The notes under the pieces were generated by a model, which ran no database searches, was not told the origin of the DNA, and saw only the letters and a list, made by a program, of their open reading frames with translations. Made by a program: the position numbers and the translations under genes. Shown in pieces: positions 46,334-58,381 of a stretch of DNA of 64,000 bases. The stretch lies in assembly GCA_963798085.1 (NCBI GenBank), contig CAWCRS010000003.1:768001-832000 (forward strand). Reading direction: 5' to 3'. Source of the DNA: an uncultured Gemmatimonadales bacterium (GTDB taxonomy: Bacteria; Gemmatimonadota; Gemmatimonadetes; Longimicrobiales; RSA9). Every line of letters starts with the position of its first letter. Positions within the stretch are counted from its first letter, which is position 1.

Positions 46334-47925
46334 GGCCGCGCCGCCCGCGCGAGCAGGCCATCCGGGCGCGCCAGCCGCGAAGCCGCAGGTGCGCCGGCGG
46401 CGGACGACGTGTCGTCGCCTGATAATGTGTTGTTATAGGACCGACGACGCAGCAGCACGGCCGTGGCATCCTCGTACCAGACCTGCCAGTCGGGCGTCTG
46501 GCGCAGCGCTTCGGCAAGACGGCTGTGCGGCGGCACCAGCACCAGCGCAATGTCCCAGCGGCGCAGCTGCTCGCGCCAGCCGGGCTCGAGCCGCTCGACG
46601 GTCATGTACGAAGCCAGCACATCGTTGCCGAAGAAATCGGTCATGCCATCGATGAAGATCTTCTGCTGCGGCCATGCGTGCAGGATGTAGCCGCCCCAGA
46701 CGAACCAGTTGTACAGGTGTCCCTGGAGAGCGGCCGCCCTGGCGGCGCGCACCGCCTGCACGGGGAAGCTGCGGCGGTCGAAGTCGTCAGGCAGCACGCG
46801 CGTCCCGGCCACGGCGCCGCGACTCAGCGCCAGCAGCACGAGCGCCGCCGTGGCCCACGGTATCCAGCGGCCCCGTCTCGCCACCCGTTCACCGTCCTCG
46901 AACACAACGCGCATGCGCCGCAGCCAGCGCGCGCGCAGCGCCCGAAACGCAGGATCGATCTCCACCGCGAGCAGCGGCAGTCCCACCACGCCGAAGAGCG
47001 GCGCATTGCGGGTCGCGTACAATGCCGCCGCCAGCATGAGCAGCAGCACGAACAGCCGCGGGAACGGGGGACGCCTGCGCTGCAATACCAGCGTGGCCAC
47101 CATGCTCAGCAGCACCGCCAGGAACAGCAGGCCGTAGAGCGTCCGGAAATCGAGCGGCGCGAACTCCGCGGTGTTGCGCAGCAGCCAGCGGTTGGAGAGG
47201 ATGCCCGTTACCCGCGCCAGCAGCGCCGGTCCCTGCGGGTTGAGGCACGCCGCTAACACACCGGTTAGTGCGCCCAGGGCGTGACTGGCGGCCTGGTGCT
47301 GCCACGCTCGCCGGTGCACCGCGTCCGGGCTGAGCAGCGCCTCGCAGGTATCGCCCAGCGCCCAGGCGGCGAGCAGTGCGAGCCCCAGCACGAACCCCGC
47401 GTGGAAATTGGCCCATGTCGCGAACAACAGTGCATAGCACCACGGCGCGTGCCGCCGCGCGTGTACCGCAATGTGCAGCAGCAGCGCCAGTCCGAGGAAC
47501 GTGAACAGGTGCGGGCGCGCCACCCAGTGCGGCGCGCCCAGCACGGCCGCCACGACACCGGTGACGTACGCGAGCAGCGGATCCACCCCGGCGCGGCGCA
47601 GGAACAGCACGATGAGGGCGTAGGTAGCGCCGATCAGGAGCCCCGCCAGCACGGCGACGGCGGCCAGGCCACCCGCACGGTACGCCAGCGCGTATGCGAC
47701 CTGGCTCAGCCACTCCGTCGTCAGGAACGGCCCCGTGTGGGTGAATGCGAAGCGATCGAGCTGGAACGGTCCACCGTGCAGGATGAACTCGCCCATGGTC
47801 AGGTGGCGGGGGAAATCGCCGTCGGCATTGAGCAGCCGGGTGTGCAGCACGAGCGGCACGGCCACCGCCCAGAGGATGAACGTCAGGTCGACGATCGAGG
47901 CGCGCAGTCGATTGGGCGATTGCAT
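46330..47925 (-). CDS. Multi-pass membrane protein, GT-C/oligosaccharyltransferase-like
   Basis: Acidic first loop DGDFPRHL..G and EWLSQ; RPHLFT; WANFHAGF; roughly 11-13 TM helices; soluble C-domain with NWFVWGGYI...FIDG. Confidence 0.65.
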   Translation of the reverse strand: MQSPNRLRASIVDLTFILWAVAVPLVLHTRLLNADGDFPRHLTMGEFILHGGPFQLDRFAFTHTGPFLTTEWLSQVAYALAYRAGGLAAVAVLAGLLIGATYALIVLFLRRAGVDPLLAYVTGVVAAVLGAPHWVARPHLFTFLGLALLLHIAVHARRHAPWCYALLFATWANFHAGFVLGLALLAAWALGDTCEALLSPDAVHRRAWQHQAASHALGALTGVLAACLNPQGPALLARVTGILSNRWLLRNTAEFAPLDFRTLYGLLFLAVLLSMVATLVLQRRRPPFPRLFVLLLMLAAALYATRNAPLFGVVGLPLLAVEIDPAFRALRARWLRRMRVVFEDGERVARRGRWIPWATAALVLLALSRGAVAGTRVLPDDFDRRSFPVQAVRAARAAALQGHLYNWFVWGGYILHAWPQQKIFIDGMTDFFGNDVLASYMTVERLEPGWREQLRRWDIALVLVPPHSRLAEALRQTPDWQVWYEDATAVLLRRRSYNNTLSGDDTSSAAGAPAASRLARPDGLLARAARP

Positions 47926-47955
47926 CCTGCTCGCCGTGACATCCGGCGTTGTGAG

Positions 47956-48576
47956 TTACCGCGCGGGCTCCTGGCGAGACGTGTCGCGTGGCATGGACCG
48001 CGCCGAATCCTGAATCACCGCGAAGGAAGGCGTGCCATCCGGCTCGATGCCCAGGCTGGCGCGCGTCGCGCCATTGGCGTCTGCGAACACCAGTGTAGAC
48101 GAACCATCGGCCGCCATGCCCAGCACCGTGCGCGTGCGCCCGTCGCGGTCGGCAAACGCCACCGAACCCGTGAGATCGGTGAGCAGACTCACCACCACCC
48201 TGGACCTGCCGTTGCTGTCCGTGAAGGCAATGCCGGGCGCGCCGTCGCTCAGCACAGAAAGGCGAACACGGCTGATCCCGTTGCCATCGTTCAGCGCAAT
48301 GGCGGTCGAGCCATCCGGCTGCACCCGCCATGTACCACGCGCCGCACCGCGCGCATCGCGCAGCACGAACTCGGTGGCGCGCACGGTCGCGGTGCCCCTG
48401 CGCGCTGTCAGGAACGCCGACACCACCAGGATCACCGCGCTGACAACGGCCAGGCTCAGCAGCAGCAGGAGTTGTCGCAACCGCCTGTTGGAGCGCTCCA
48501 CGGCCGTCAGCCGTGCGACGACGTTTTCCTGGAATGACCGCGACTCGCTCGCCGCTGCCGGTGTCGGCTCGCTCAT
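47956..48576 (-). CDS. Single-TM protein with ~22-aa D-x-x-G-x-x-R beta-repeats
   Basis: Coiled-coil plus TM, then LRDARGAAR, LNDGNGISR, FTDSNGRSR, FADRDGRTR and FADANGATR; ATGA overlap. Confidence 0.8.
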   Translation of the reverse strand: MSEPTPAAASESRSFQENVVARLTAVERSNRRLRQLLLLLSLAVVSAVILVVSAFLTARRGTATVRATEFVLRDARGAARGTWRVQPDGSTAIALNDGNGISRVRLSVLSDGAPGIAFTDSNGRSRVVVSLLTDLTGSVAFADRDGRTRTVLGMAADGSSTLVFADANGATRASLGIEPDGTPSFAVIQDSARSMPRDTSRQEPAR

Positions 48577-48983
48577 GCGCTCTTCTCCGCTGCCCCGATT
48601 TCCCGTGCGCCCTCGTCCTGCGGCAATGCCGCCGGCATCCAGGCCAGGTGATCGCCTTCCGCAGTGGCGGTGGCGGCAATCGTGCCGCTGGGTACTTCCA
48701 GTGCGTACTTGGCGCGCGCGTGCCAGCCCGTGACCCGGCGAGGCGCCAGACGCTGATAGAGGGCGACGACGCGGCCCTGTCGATCCAGGAAGATAATGTC
48801 GAGCGGGTATTTCATGCCGAACGTGTGCACGGCGCGGCAGGGATTGAGCAGCAGCCCCTCGCCGTGATCGGGACGCGGCCGCCCCAGGAATCCGCGCGCA
48901 CGCGACCACATCTGGTCCGCCAGACCCACGCGCGAACCCACCACGCTGTCGCGCGTCCGGTTCACGATGCGCAGCTGCTTCAT
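48573..48983 (-). CDS. DUF192-family protein
   Basis: SRARGFLGR...EGLLLNPCRAVHTFGMKYPLDIIFLD...ALEVPSG; ATGA overlap with tadC. Confidence 0.85.
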   Translation of the reverse strand: MKQLRIVNRTRDSVVGSRVGLADQMWSRARGFLGRPRPDHGEGLLLNPCRAVHTFGMKYPLDIIFLDRQGRVVALYQRLAPRRVTGWHARAKYALEVPSGTIAATATAEGDHLAWMPAALPQDEGAREIGAAEKSA

Positions 48984-49897
48984 CCCAGCCCGCGCAGCGC
49001 GCGGATCACTCCGATCAGCGCCGGCCCCAGAATGACGACGAACATGGCCGGGAAGATACAAAGCACGAGCGGGAACATCATCTTGATCGCCGTCTTCGCG
49101 GCCATTTCCTCCGCGCGCTGGCGACGCTTCTGTCGCATGGTGTCGGAGTGCACGCGCAGCGAGCGCGCAATGGAAGTGCCGAAACGGTCCGTCTGGATCA
49201 GCATGGTGACCAGCGAACCGACATCAGGCACGGCATTGCGCTCCGCCAGCTGGCGCAGCGCCTGGTCTCGCGGCGTGCCCGCGCGGATCTCCGCGTTCGT
49301 CTGCAACAGCTCGATGCTCATATTGGCGCTGACAATGCGCACCTCCTCCGCCACGCGCACCAGCGCCTGGTTCAGACCCAACCCCGCCTCCACGCACACC
49401 ACCAGCATGTCGAGCGCATCCGGAAGCGCGCGCTCCAGTTCCTTCTGCCTCGCCCGCCGCCGGGCTCGCACGTACAGGAACGGCGCAATGTAGCCGACCG
49501 TCGCGAAGTAGAACGCCGCGAACAGCCCGATGCGCGGCGGGACACCCAGGGGCGGAAGCAGCGACATCACCGCAATGCCGAGTCCCAGTCCCACCGACAG
49601 TCGCGCGCCCCAGTAGATGGCCAGCGCACCCGGCCGGCGATAACCCGCGTGCACCAGCATTTCCGCATCGCTCGAGGCGCCATCGCGACCCGGCTGCAGG
49701 CGGCCGCCCACACGCTCGAGCAGCGCCAGCACACGCTCCGCCGCCGAGCGCCGCTCCGCTCCCGTCACACCGCCCAGCGCTGCGATGTCACCCAGCCGCT
49801 CCCGCAGCGCCCGCTGCCGCCCCGCCAGCAGATCCGCCACGAGGAAGACCGCAGTGCTTACGGCAATGCCAAGACTCACCGCGAATAGCGTCAGCAT
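48980..49897 (-). CDS. tadC: Tad pilus inner-membrane protein TadC (T2SS F family)
   Basis: LPDALDMLVVCVEAGLG, QTDRFGTSIA and AEEMAAKTAIKMMFPL motifs. Confidence 0.9.
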   Translation of the reverse strand: MLTLFAVSLGIAVSTAVFLVADLLAGRQRALRERLGDIAALGGVTGAERRSAAERVLALLERVGGRLQPGRDGASSDAEMLVHAGYRRPGALAIYWGARLSVGLGLGIAVMSLLPPLGVPPRIGLFAAFYFATVGYIAPFLYVRARRRARQKELERALPDALDMLVVCVEAGLGLNQALVRVAEEVRIVSANMSIELLQTNAEIRAGTPRDQALRQLAERNAVPDVGSLVTMLIQTDRFGTSIARSLRVHSDTMRQKRRQRAEEMAAKTAIKMMFPLVLCIFPAMFVVILGPALIGVIRALRGLG

Positions 49898-49912
49898 TGG
49901 ACGGAACCAACT

Positions 49913-50194
49913 GCGTTGCTGGGGCCGGTTGCTGGGGCTCGTTGCCGGGGAACAGACACGACCCTGGCGCGCGCACCGGGGCGCAGACGCACAGGCGTTG
50001 CCCACGCCGCTGCGCCCAACGGCTCCCGATCAGCCACCCACCTCATCCGTTCATACTCCGCAATCGTAAGTGCGTGTTAGCATCGCCATCCGTATGCAGT
50101 TCCCGTTCAACCAGGCCCAGCAACGCAACACGGCTGAAACTGTTTCTGTTGCTGTTCCCCAGCAACCAGCCCGAGCAACCAGCCCCAGCAACGC
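49913..50194. repeat. Family-2 element with 43-bp imperfect inverted repeats between tadB and tadC
   Basis: 49913-49955 is the reverse complement of 50152-50194 with 4 mismatches. Confidence 0.8.
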
Positions 50195-50208
50195 CGTTGC
50201 AGTCCCAG

Positions 50209-51161
50209 CTATATCTCGATCCCCACAATGCGCCGTATCCAGATGAAGCCGATGATCTGCAGGAGCAGGGCGCCGCCGACCATGGCGCGGCCCACCGGCT
50301 CGGTCCACAGCATGGATGCGTACTGCCGATCGGCCAGAAACAGGCCGGCGGCCATCACGAGCGGCATCACGGCGAGCACGGTGCCGCTAAGGCGACCTTG
50401 CGCGGTGTGCACGCGCAGCTGCCGCTGCACGGCGAACCGCGCGCGCACGGTCTGTCCGATCTTGTCCAGGATCTCCGCCAGGTTGCCTCCCACTTCGCGC
50501 TGGATCAGGATGGCGGTCACGAAGATGCGTACATCGACCAGGTCGTTGCGGTAGGCAAGACCCAGCAGCGCGTCCTCGAAGGGCAGACCGAAGCGATTCT
50601 GTTCGAACACCTTCGCGAACTCGCCGGCAATCGGCATGGAGGCTTCTTCCGCGACCATGCGCACGCCGGCGGACAGTGGATGCCCGGCGCGGATGGCGCG
50701 GCTCAGCAGGTCCACCGCATCCGGGAACTGCTCCTCGAACGCGCGCAGCCGGCGCCGCTTGCGCTGGCGCACGAATACGCCCGGCAGCAGTGCCGCCAGC
50801 GCTGTGATCACCAGGGCCAGCACCAGCGAGTGACCGAACAGCCATGTCAGCAGACCGAAGAACGCGGCCGAACCGATGATGAGCCCGGCATAGAAGCGTG
50901 TGCTCCAGTCGAGGCCCGCCTGGCGCAGCAGCCTCGCCGCTTCGCGCAGGCCGGGCATTCCCGCCAGCAGTGCCGGCAGTGGCGCCTCCTGACGCTCTTC
51001 CGCGCGGAACAGCTCGGCCAGCCCATCATCGCGGCGGACAGTCGGCGGTGTGAGTCGCTGCAGCACGACGCGGCGGCGCTCGGCGGATTGCATGAGTTCG
51101 ATGATCAGCCCGATGGAAAGCGCGCCGAACGCAACGGCCACGAGCAGCCACGCGGTCTGGC

Positions 51162-51168
<7 letters not shown>
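50209..51168 (-). CDS. tadB: Tad pilus inner-membrane protein TadB
   Basis: [32 protein letters not shown] and TAQGRLS motifs. Confidence 0.92.
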
Positions 51169-52628
<1,460 letters not shown>

Positions 52629-53825
52629 CCTCGGCCGGCGCCGACTTGCCGTTGCGCGAACGCACGCGCAGCAGCTGCTCGCTCAGCTGACGCACCGAGC
52701 GCGCGTACTTCGACTTGCTGCGCAGCACCGCGGGGCGGCCGGTGTTGACGCTGTCGGTGACGACGTCGCTCTCCTCCGCCAGGGTGGAGAACACGTCGTG
52801 GCCCAGCGTCTTCTTCACATCACCGCTCGTGATCACATCCGTCGAGCGCCGGCGGTTGATAACAACGTGTATGCGGCGCGCGTCGTGAGCCACGGCCTGC
52901 AGCGTGGCCAGTGCCCGCTTCGTGTTGTTGAGCGAGGCCACGTCGGGCGTGGTCAGCACCAGGATTGTGTCCGCCGATTCCAGCGCCGCCAGCGTCACGG
53001 CGGAAAGCGCGTGGTCCAGGTCCACTACCACGCAGTCGTAGTGACGGCGCAGCGTCTGCAGCAGCGAGCGCGTGTTCTCGCGCGACAATGCATTGGCCGG
53101 CGACATCTGCGCGGGCGCGGCCAGCACGTGCACGCCACTCGCGTGATGCTCCGCGTAGGAAGCGAGCAGATCGCGGTCCAGCCGGTGCAGATTCTTCACC
53201 ACGTCGAGCACGCTGTAGCGCGGCCGCAGCCCGAGCAGGACCGCGGTGCTGCCCATGTCCAGATCGAGGTCGACGAGCGCGGTCGGTTTCTGCGTTTCCT
53301 CGCTGATGGCGATCGCCAGATTCGTCGCCGCCGTGGTCACACCCACGCCACCCTTGGCGCCGTAGACGGCCAGGATGTGCCCGGGCTGCGCCGTATCCCG
53401 GCCCTCGGCGCCCGCCAGCCGGCGGGTGGCGCGGGTCAGCGCGGCGGCCAGATCGGCATCCTCGATGGGTCGCGTGAGATACTCGGACGCACCCACGCGC
53501 ATCGCTTCCAGCAGCACTTCCGGCGCCACGATGGGTCCGGTCACGACGAAGGTGCGCGCCGGATGATCCTCCGCGAGGAAACGCGCCAGGCGCAGGCCGG
53601 CGGCTGGATCATCGCCCAGATCCAGCAGGATCACCTGCGCCGCGGAATCGCGGATCTGCTGCGCCCCCGCCTTGTCGATGTCCGCAATGGGTGTGGTGTA
53701 CTGCGCAACCAGGCCGACGCCGCGCTGCCGGTCGCTCATCAGCCGGGCGGCCTTCGCGACCAGCAGCCGGTCCGAAGAAATCACCGCGCAGTCCAGCAGT
53801 CTGTCCGCCATTTGCGCAGACGTCC

Positions 53826-55007
53826 CTACTGCACCAGCTGCAGTACGCGCACCAGTGAGCCCGGCGCACCGCTGGCGCCGGCGGCGGAAACACCCGACGC
53901 GTAGTAGAGGAAACGGCCGGCCACGTACACGTCGGACCCCTGCGTGACCGTGCCTTCAATGAAGAGCAGACCGAAATTGTTGAGCTGCACCGTGTACACG
54001 CCATCCTGCACGTGCGCCGTCTGCCGCGGATCGTAGAGCGCAATGATGCGCACGCGCGGGCTGGACAGCCAGCCGGAACCGAACGTCGAATTCACAACAG
54101 TGTTAGTGGACGCATCCCAGCGGGCATTGGGATCCGCCTGCAGCAGCGACCGGACACCCTCCCGCGTCGCCGTGGCCAGATTGCCCAGCTCGATGGGCAC
54201 GTCGCGGTACATGGTCACCGGATCCGGATCACAGCCGGCCACGGCGTTCATGTAATCCGTGGCGCCCCGATTGCCGCCAATGCGCAGCGGAAAGAAGAAG
54301 TCGTCGGTGATCGGTGTCGTCACATCCTGCACCTTGAGCAGCAGCGGCATGCCGTAGTCGTTGACGTAGCCCTGCCCGTTGCCGTTGCGGAAGCTGCTGC
54401 CCAGCCCTGTCTGCGGCGCGATGCTGCCACCGCCATTGAAACGGCCGTAGAAGTCATTGGGATCGTCGCCCATCACCCAGCGCTCGCTCGGATCCCAGTA
54501 GTGATTCGTGTTGTTGTCGCTGTTGGCATCGTTCCACAAGTCCGGAACGGCGAACGGCAGCACGCAGCGCGCCGCCCACGCCGGCATGGCTGCCGCCGAA
54601 GCCAGCGCATTCACCTTCGCCGTGCTGCGGCCGAACAGACGCGCGAACCACAAGCCGATTTCGCCTCGCTCGATGCGCACCGACACCCGCTCCGCCGCCG
54701 GGTCGACATACACCTGCACTTCCGACGAGTCGATCATGCGGTTGCGGATGGCGTTGCGCGTGGCGAAATCGATGGCCGCGTCGTAGGCCAGCTCGCCGTG
54801 CGCCGTGCCCGGCGGCCCGTGCAGGAATTCCTGCGCACCCGCCAGCGCCGCGGCGTCCGCCGCACGCTGCGTTTCCGTCCTTGCCGTGCGCAGCATGCCC
54901 AGGTCGATGGCCAGTGCCAGCACGGACATGAGACTGGCCGCGGCTATCGCCATGATGGCCAGCGCCTGGCCCCGCTCATCCCGGCAAAGCGCGCGCGCGA
55001 ATCTCAC
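53826..55007 (-). CDS. tadG: TadG-like pilus tip/pseudopilin protein
   Basis: DERGQAL prepilin motif; LAIDLG and [12 protein letters not shown]. Confidence 0.85.
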   Translation of the reverse strand: MRFARALCRDERGQALAIMAIAAASLMSVLALAIDLGMLRTARTETQRAADAAALAGAQEFLHGPPGTAHGELAYDAAIDFATRNAIRNRMIDSSEVQVYVDPAAERVSVRIERGEIGLWFARLFGRSTAKVNALASAAAMPAWAARCVLPFAVPDLWNDANSDNNTNHYWDPSERWVMGDDPNDFYGRFNGGGSIAPQTGLGSSFRNGNGQGYVNDYGMPLLLKVQDVTTPITDDFFFPLRIGGNRGATDYMNAVAGCDPDPVTMYRDVPIELGNLATATREGVRSLLQADPNARWDASTNTVVNSTFGSGWLSSPRVRIIALYDPRQTAHVQDGVYTVQLNNFGLLFIEGTVTQGSDVYVAGRFLYYASGVSAAGASGAPGSLVRVLQLVQ

Positions 55008-56323
55008 CCGCCGCCGCCCCGGCCCGCGCGCGTCGTGTCAATGCGCAGCGATCGATTCCACTTCCACGTGCCCGGCTCGCCCGTCGGCAGCGGTATCGGC
55101 GAGTCCGACGGCTGCACCAGCTGCGGCGTCACGATCACCAGCAGCTCCGTCCTCGCCTGCGTATTCGATTTGTTCCGGAATAGCGCGCCGACGATCGGGA
55201 TATCACCCAGAATCGGTATCTTGTCGACATTGCTCGTGATCGCATTGTCCAGCAGGCCCGCAATCGCCAGGTGCTGCCCCGGCCGCAGCTCCACTTCACT
55301 CTTCGCGCGACGCGTCAGCAGACTCGGGATCTGGAAGCCCGACAGGGTCAGCCCGTTCGCAAAGTCCAGCGACGAAACTTCCGGCTCGACCGAAAGCCGG
55401 ATCGTGCCGTTCGTGTTCACGACGGGTGTGAACTTGAGACGCACGCCGAATTCCTTGAACTGGATGCTCACGGCGCCCACGTTCGAGCCCTGTTGCACAA
55501 TGGGGTACGGGAACTCGCCGCCCGCGAGGAACGAGGCTTCCTTGCCGTCCACCGTGAGCAGGTTGGGCTCGGCCAGGCTGCGGAACTCGCCTTTCGACTT
55601 GAGCGCCGTGATGATGGCGTCCAGCTCCGCATCCCTGCCGATCAGGAAGAGGCGGACAATGCCATCGGACAGCGTCTCGATGTTGGCGGTGGAGCCGTTG
55701 CCGAACACCTGATCCAGCTGCTGCGCGTTGTTGGCGAACAGGTCGGCGGCCAGTTTGCTGCCCACGGTGCGACGCACTTCCGCGAAGCGTACCTGCAGCA
55801 GCACCTGCTGCGGCGAGGGCGCCTGCAGGTTGTCGATGACCTTCGCCCCCGTCTGCGTGGCAAGGTCCACCGCCCGCCTGGCAATTGCCGGATCGCGCAC
55901 TGTGCCTGACAGAATCACCGCTTCACCACTCGTCGTGACCGTGATCTCCACGCCGGGAAAGACCGTCCTCAGTTCACGCTGCAGGGCCGTTGCATCCGCC
56001 GTCACCTCCACGTTGTAAAGGTGTGGCGAATTTGCAGGGTCCCAGATTATCAGCGTAGTCGATCCGACTTTCAGGCCATTGATCAGCCACTCACGCGGCG
56101 TGTCCGTGTTGGTGATGCTGATCACGGTCGTGTCTCCCGCCGACATCTTGGGCGGTGTGTAGTCGAGCAGTAGCACCGACGTCTTGCCGCGCTCGACCTG
56201 GATCGTTTGCTCCGCCTGGCTCACCACGCGCTGCGCGAGCGCCAGGCGAGGCACAGCCAGCGCCAGCGCCGCCACCAGGACACCGTACCCGGCGCCGTGC
56301 CATGTCCGCTGCGCGCCAGCCAC
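55004..56323 (-). CDS. cpaC: Pilus secretin CpaC/RcpA
   Basis: QVLLQVRFAEV, LAEPNL, ASFLAGGEFP, KEFGVRLKFTP, IPILGDIPIVGALF and ELLVIVTP motifs. Confidence 0.93.
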   Translation of the reverse strand: MAGAQRTWHGAGYGVLVAALALAVPRLALAQRVVSQAEQTIQVERGKTSVLLLDYTPPKMSAGDTTVISITNTDTPREWLINGLKVGSTTLIIWDPANSPHLYNVEVTADATALQRELRTVFPGVEITVTTSGEAVILSGTVRDPAIARRAVDLATQTGAKVIDNLQAPSPQQVLLQVRFAEVRRTVGSKLAADLFANNAQQLDQVFGNGSTANIETLSDGIVRLFLIGRDAELDAIITALKSKGEFRSLAEPNLLTVDGKEASFLAGGEFPYPIVQQGSNVGAVSIQFKEFGVRLKFTPVVNTNGTIRLSVEPEVSSLDFANGLTLSGFQIPSLLTRRAKSEVELRPGQHLAIAGLLDNAITSNVDKIPILGDIPIVGALFRNKSNTQARTELLVIVTPQLVQPSDSPIPLPTGEPGTWKWNRSLRIDTTRAGRGGGG

Positions 56324-56324
56324 G

Positions 56325-57161
56325 CTAGAAGACGATCACGGCGCGCGACGCGCCCTTGTACAGTTCCACCGAGGTCTTGCTCTGCTCTGTCTTCGGCACC
56401 GGCAGCGGCCGGCGGGTACGCGCCGCGCTCGGTGTGCTCGCCGCTTCCGTTTCGAACAGTCGACTCATGCGTGCACCCGAAGTCGGGACCTCCTGCACAT
56501 CGATCATGTTGCGCAGCGCCAGCTGGATCGTACCGCGCGTCATGGCCAGAGTAAGCCGCTCGGCGTCCTCGGGCGAGACCAGCAGCGTGGCCAGCGTGAC
56601 ATTGGCAGGCCGGCCCTGCGGATCGCGCTCGGGCTGCTGATTGCGCGCGGCCACTTCGACGTTCTGCAGCAGGATGCGACTCACCGGATCCGCCTGCGTG
56701 CCCGTCGGCGTCATGGTCAGGATGACATCGACGCGTGTGCCCCGGTCGATGAAACCGCCCACACCCACCACATCATCAACGCGTACGGTCACCGCGCGCA
56801 TGCCCGGCGTAATGGCGATGGGCAGTCCGCCCTGTCCAGTGCGATCCGAAAGGCGGCTGTCGAGCAGCGGCTCGTTCAGACGCACAGACTGCGTGACGCC
56901 GCGACCCACCACTTCGTTGACCGTGCGTGCGTAGCCTTCCGGCGCGGCACTGCCCGGCCATGGCAGCGCTTTCACATCGCCCGGTCCCAGGATCGTGCCC
57001 ACCGGCAGATCCCTCGCCGCCACCACCACCTCGAGCACGGACCCGGGATCCGATGCCTCCAGTATGGGCGTCTGATGCCGCAGCGCCTGCACTCCCGCCC
57101 ACGCCGCGGTACCGCCCGCTGCAGAAGCCAGCGCGATGAGGATGAACGTGCGTGTGCGCAT
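56325..57161 (-). CDS. cpaB: Flp pilus assembly protein CpaB/RcpC
   Basis: SAF domain VVVAARDLPVG; GMRAVTVRV, RVDVI and LQNVEV motifs. Confidence 0.92.
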   Translation of the reverse strand: MRTRTFILIALASAAGGTAAWAGVQALRHQTPILEASDPGSVLEVVVAARDLPVGTILGPGDVKALPWPGSAAPEGYARTVNEVVGRGVTQSVRLNEPLLDSRLSDRTGQGGLPIAITPGMRAVTVRVDDVVGVGGFIDRGTRVDVILTMTPTGTQADPVSRILLQNVEVAARNQQPERDPQGRPANVTLATLLVSPEDAERLTLAMTRGTIQLALRNMIDVQEVPTSGARMSRLFETEAASTPSAARTRRPLPVPKTEQSKTSVELYKGASRAVIVF

Positions 57162-57175
57162 CGCTCGCGTCCTCG

Positions 57176-57598
57176 CTATTCGTTGCGAAAGACCACGCTC
57201 GTGGTCATCTGGAACAATGCCTGTGCGCCGGTCCAGCCCACGAGCCCCTGGATCCAGCGCAGCTGATAAGGATATGCGATCGACACCGTGGCCGGCGTTC
57301 CCGTGCCTGCGTGAAAACCGCTGATCGTCTTGACCGCCTTTGCCGTGTCGATGCCGGCGCGGTTGAGATTGTCATTGATGCGGGCGACGACGCTGTCCAC
57401 CGTGATCGAGCTGTTGGCCACCACTGCGGTGCGTCCGCCCTCCCGCACGGCATCGGACAGCGTCTGGTACACGTTCCACGCGCGGCCGAACTCGTAGACG
57501 CCCAGCAGCAGCAGCAGCAACAACGGCGTGATGAGCGCGAACTCGACCAGCGCCTGTCCGCCATCGGCGTGCGCGCGCAGCCGCAGCACGCTCACCAT
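57176..57598 (-). CDS. tadE: TadE-like pseudopilin
   Basis: GQALVEFALITPLLLLLLLG..EFG and AVREGGR motifs. Confidence 0.9.
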   Translation of the reverse strand: MVSVLRLRAHADGGQALVEFALITPLLLLLLLGVYEFGRAWNVYQTLSDAVREGGRTAVVANSSITVDSVVARINDNLNRAGIDTAKAVKTISGFHAGTGTPATVSIAYPYQLRWIQGLVGWTGAQALFQMTTSVVFRNE

Positions 57599-58086
57599 GG
57601 CATCCTGCCCAGCACGAAGAACCACGTGTAGATCGAGCCCGCGGCGATGGCGGCACCATACGGCACCGTCACGGCCCCCGGTGTGTTCACCGTTACCCGC
57701 CCGGCAGCGCGCGCGTTGCGTGTTTTCTCACCGCGCAGGCGACGACGCACCAGCACCAGAACACCGAGTACGCCTCCCGCGATCGCGGACGCCGCCAGCG
57801 CGTAGAGCAGTCCCTTCGGGCCGGTGAAACCGCCCACCGCAGCCAGCAGCTTCGCATCGCCGCCACCCAGCGCGCCCAGTGCGAAGAGTGGCACCGTCGC
57901 AGCCAGCGCGATACCGGCGCCCGCCAAGCCGCCCAGCAGCGGCGACACGCCCGCGATACCGCGCAGGATCAGGGCTGCAACGAGACCTGCCAGCACGAGT
58001 GCGTTCGGGATGCGACGTCGTGTCACATCCCAGAACAGAGCCGTTAGCAGCAGTGCAACGAAGAGGAGGGTAGCAAATTCTGTCAC
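57592..58086 (-). CDS. cpaA: Prepilin peptidase CpaA/TadV (A24)
   Basis: WDVTRRRIPN, LGGGDAKL and VPYGAAIAAG motifs. Confidence 0.92.
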   Translation of the reverse strand: MTEFATLLFVALLLTALFWDVTRRRIPNALVLAGLVAALILRGIAGVSPLLGGLAGAGIALAATVPLFALGALGGGDAKLLAAVGGFTGPKGLLYALAASAIAGGVLGVLVLVRRRLRGEKTRNARAAGRVTVNTPGAVTVPYGAAIAAGSIYTWFFVLGRMPW

Positions 58087-58162
58087 GACTACTCCGACCG
58101 ACCGCACTACGTTCGGTGGCGGCGATGCAGCGTGCTCACCGCCCAGCGCCCCGACTGGCGCC

Positions 58163-58381
58163 TCAGCTGCCGGATCCCGAACCTGGCTGATACTGTGGGC
58201 TCGGCGCGTTCTGCAGCTGCGAATTGATGTTGTCGAAAGTCTGCCCGATCTGATTCCGGAACACGGTCAGCGCCAGCACCAGCCCGATGGCGACCAGTGC
58301 GATGATGAGAACGTATTCGACCAGGCCCTGGCCGCTTTCGTCCTTCAGCAGACGCTGCAACACTGAGTACAGCCTGGACAT
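58163..58381 (-). CDS. flp: Flp/Fap type IVb pilin with a Ser/Pro/Gly-rich C-terminal tail
   Basis: RBS GGAGGT; DESG/QGLVEYVLI Flp motif; tail APSPQYQPGSGSGS. Confidence 0.92.
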   Translation of the reverse strand: MSRLYSVLQRLLKDESGQGLVEYVLIIALVAIGLVLALTVFRNQIGQTFDNINSQLQNAPSPQYQPGSGSGS

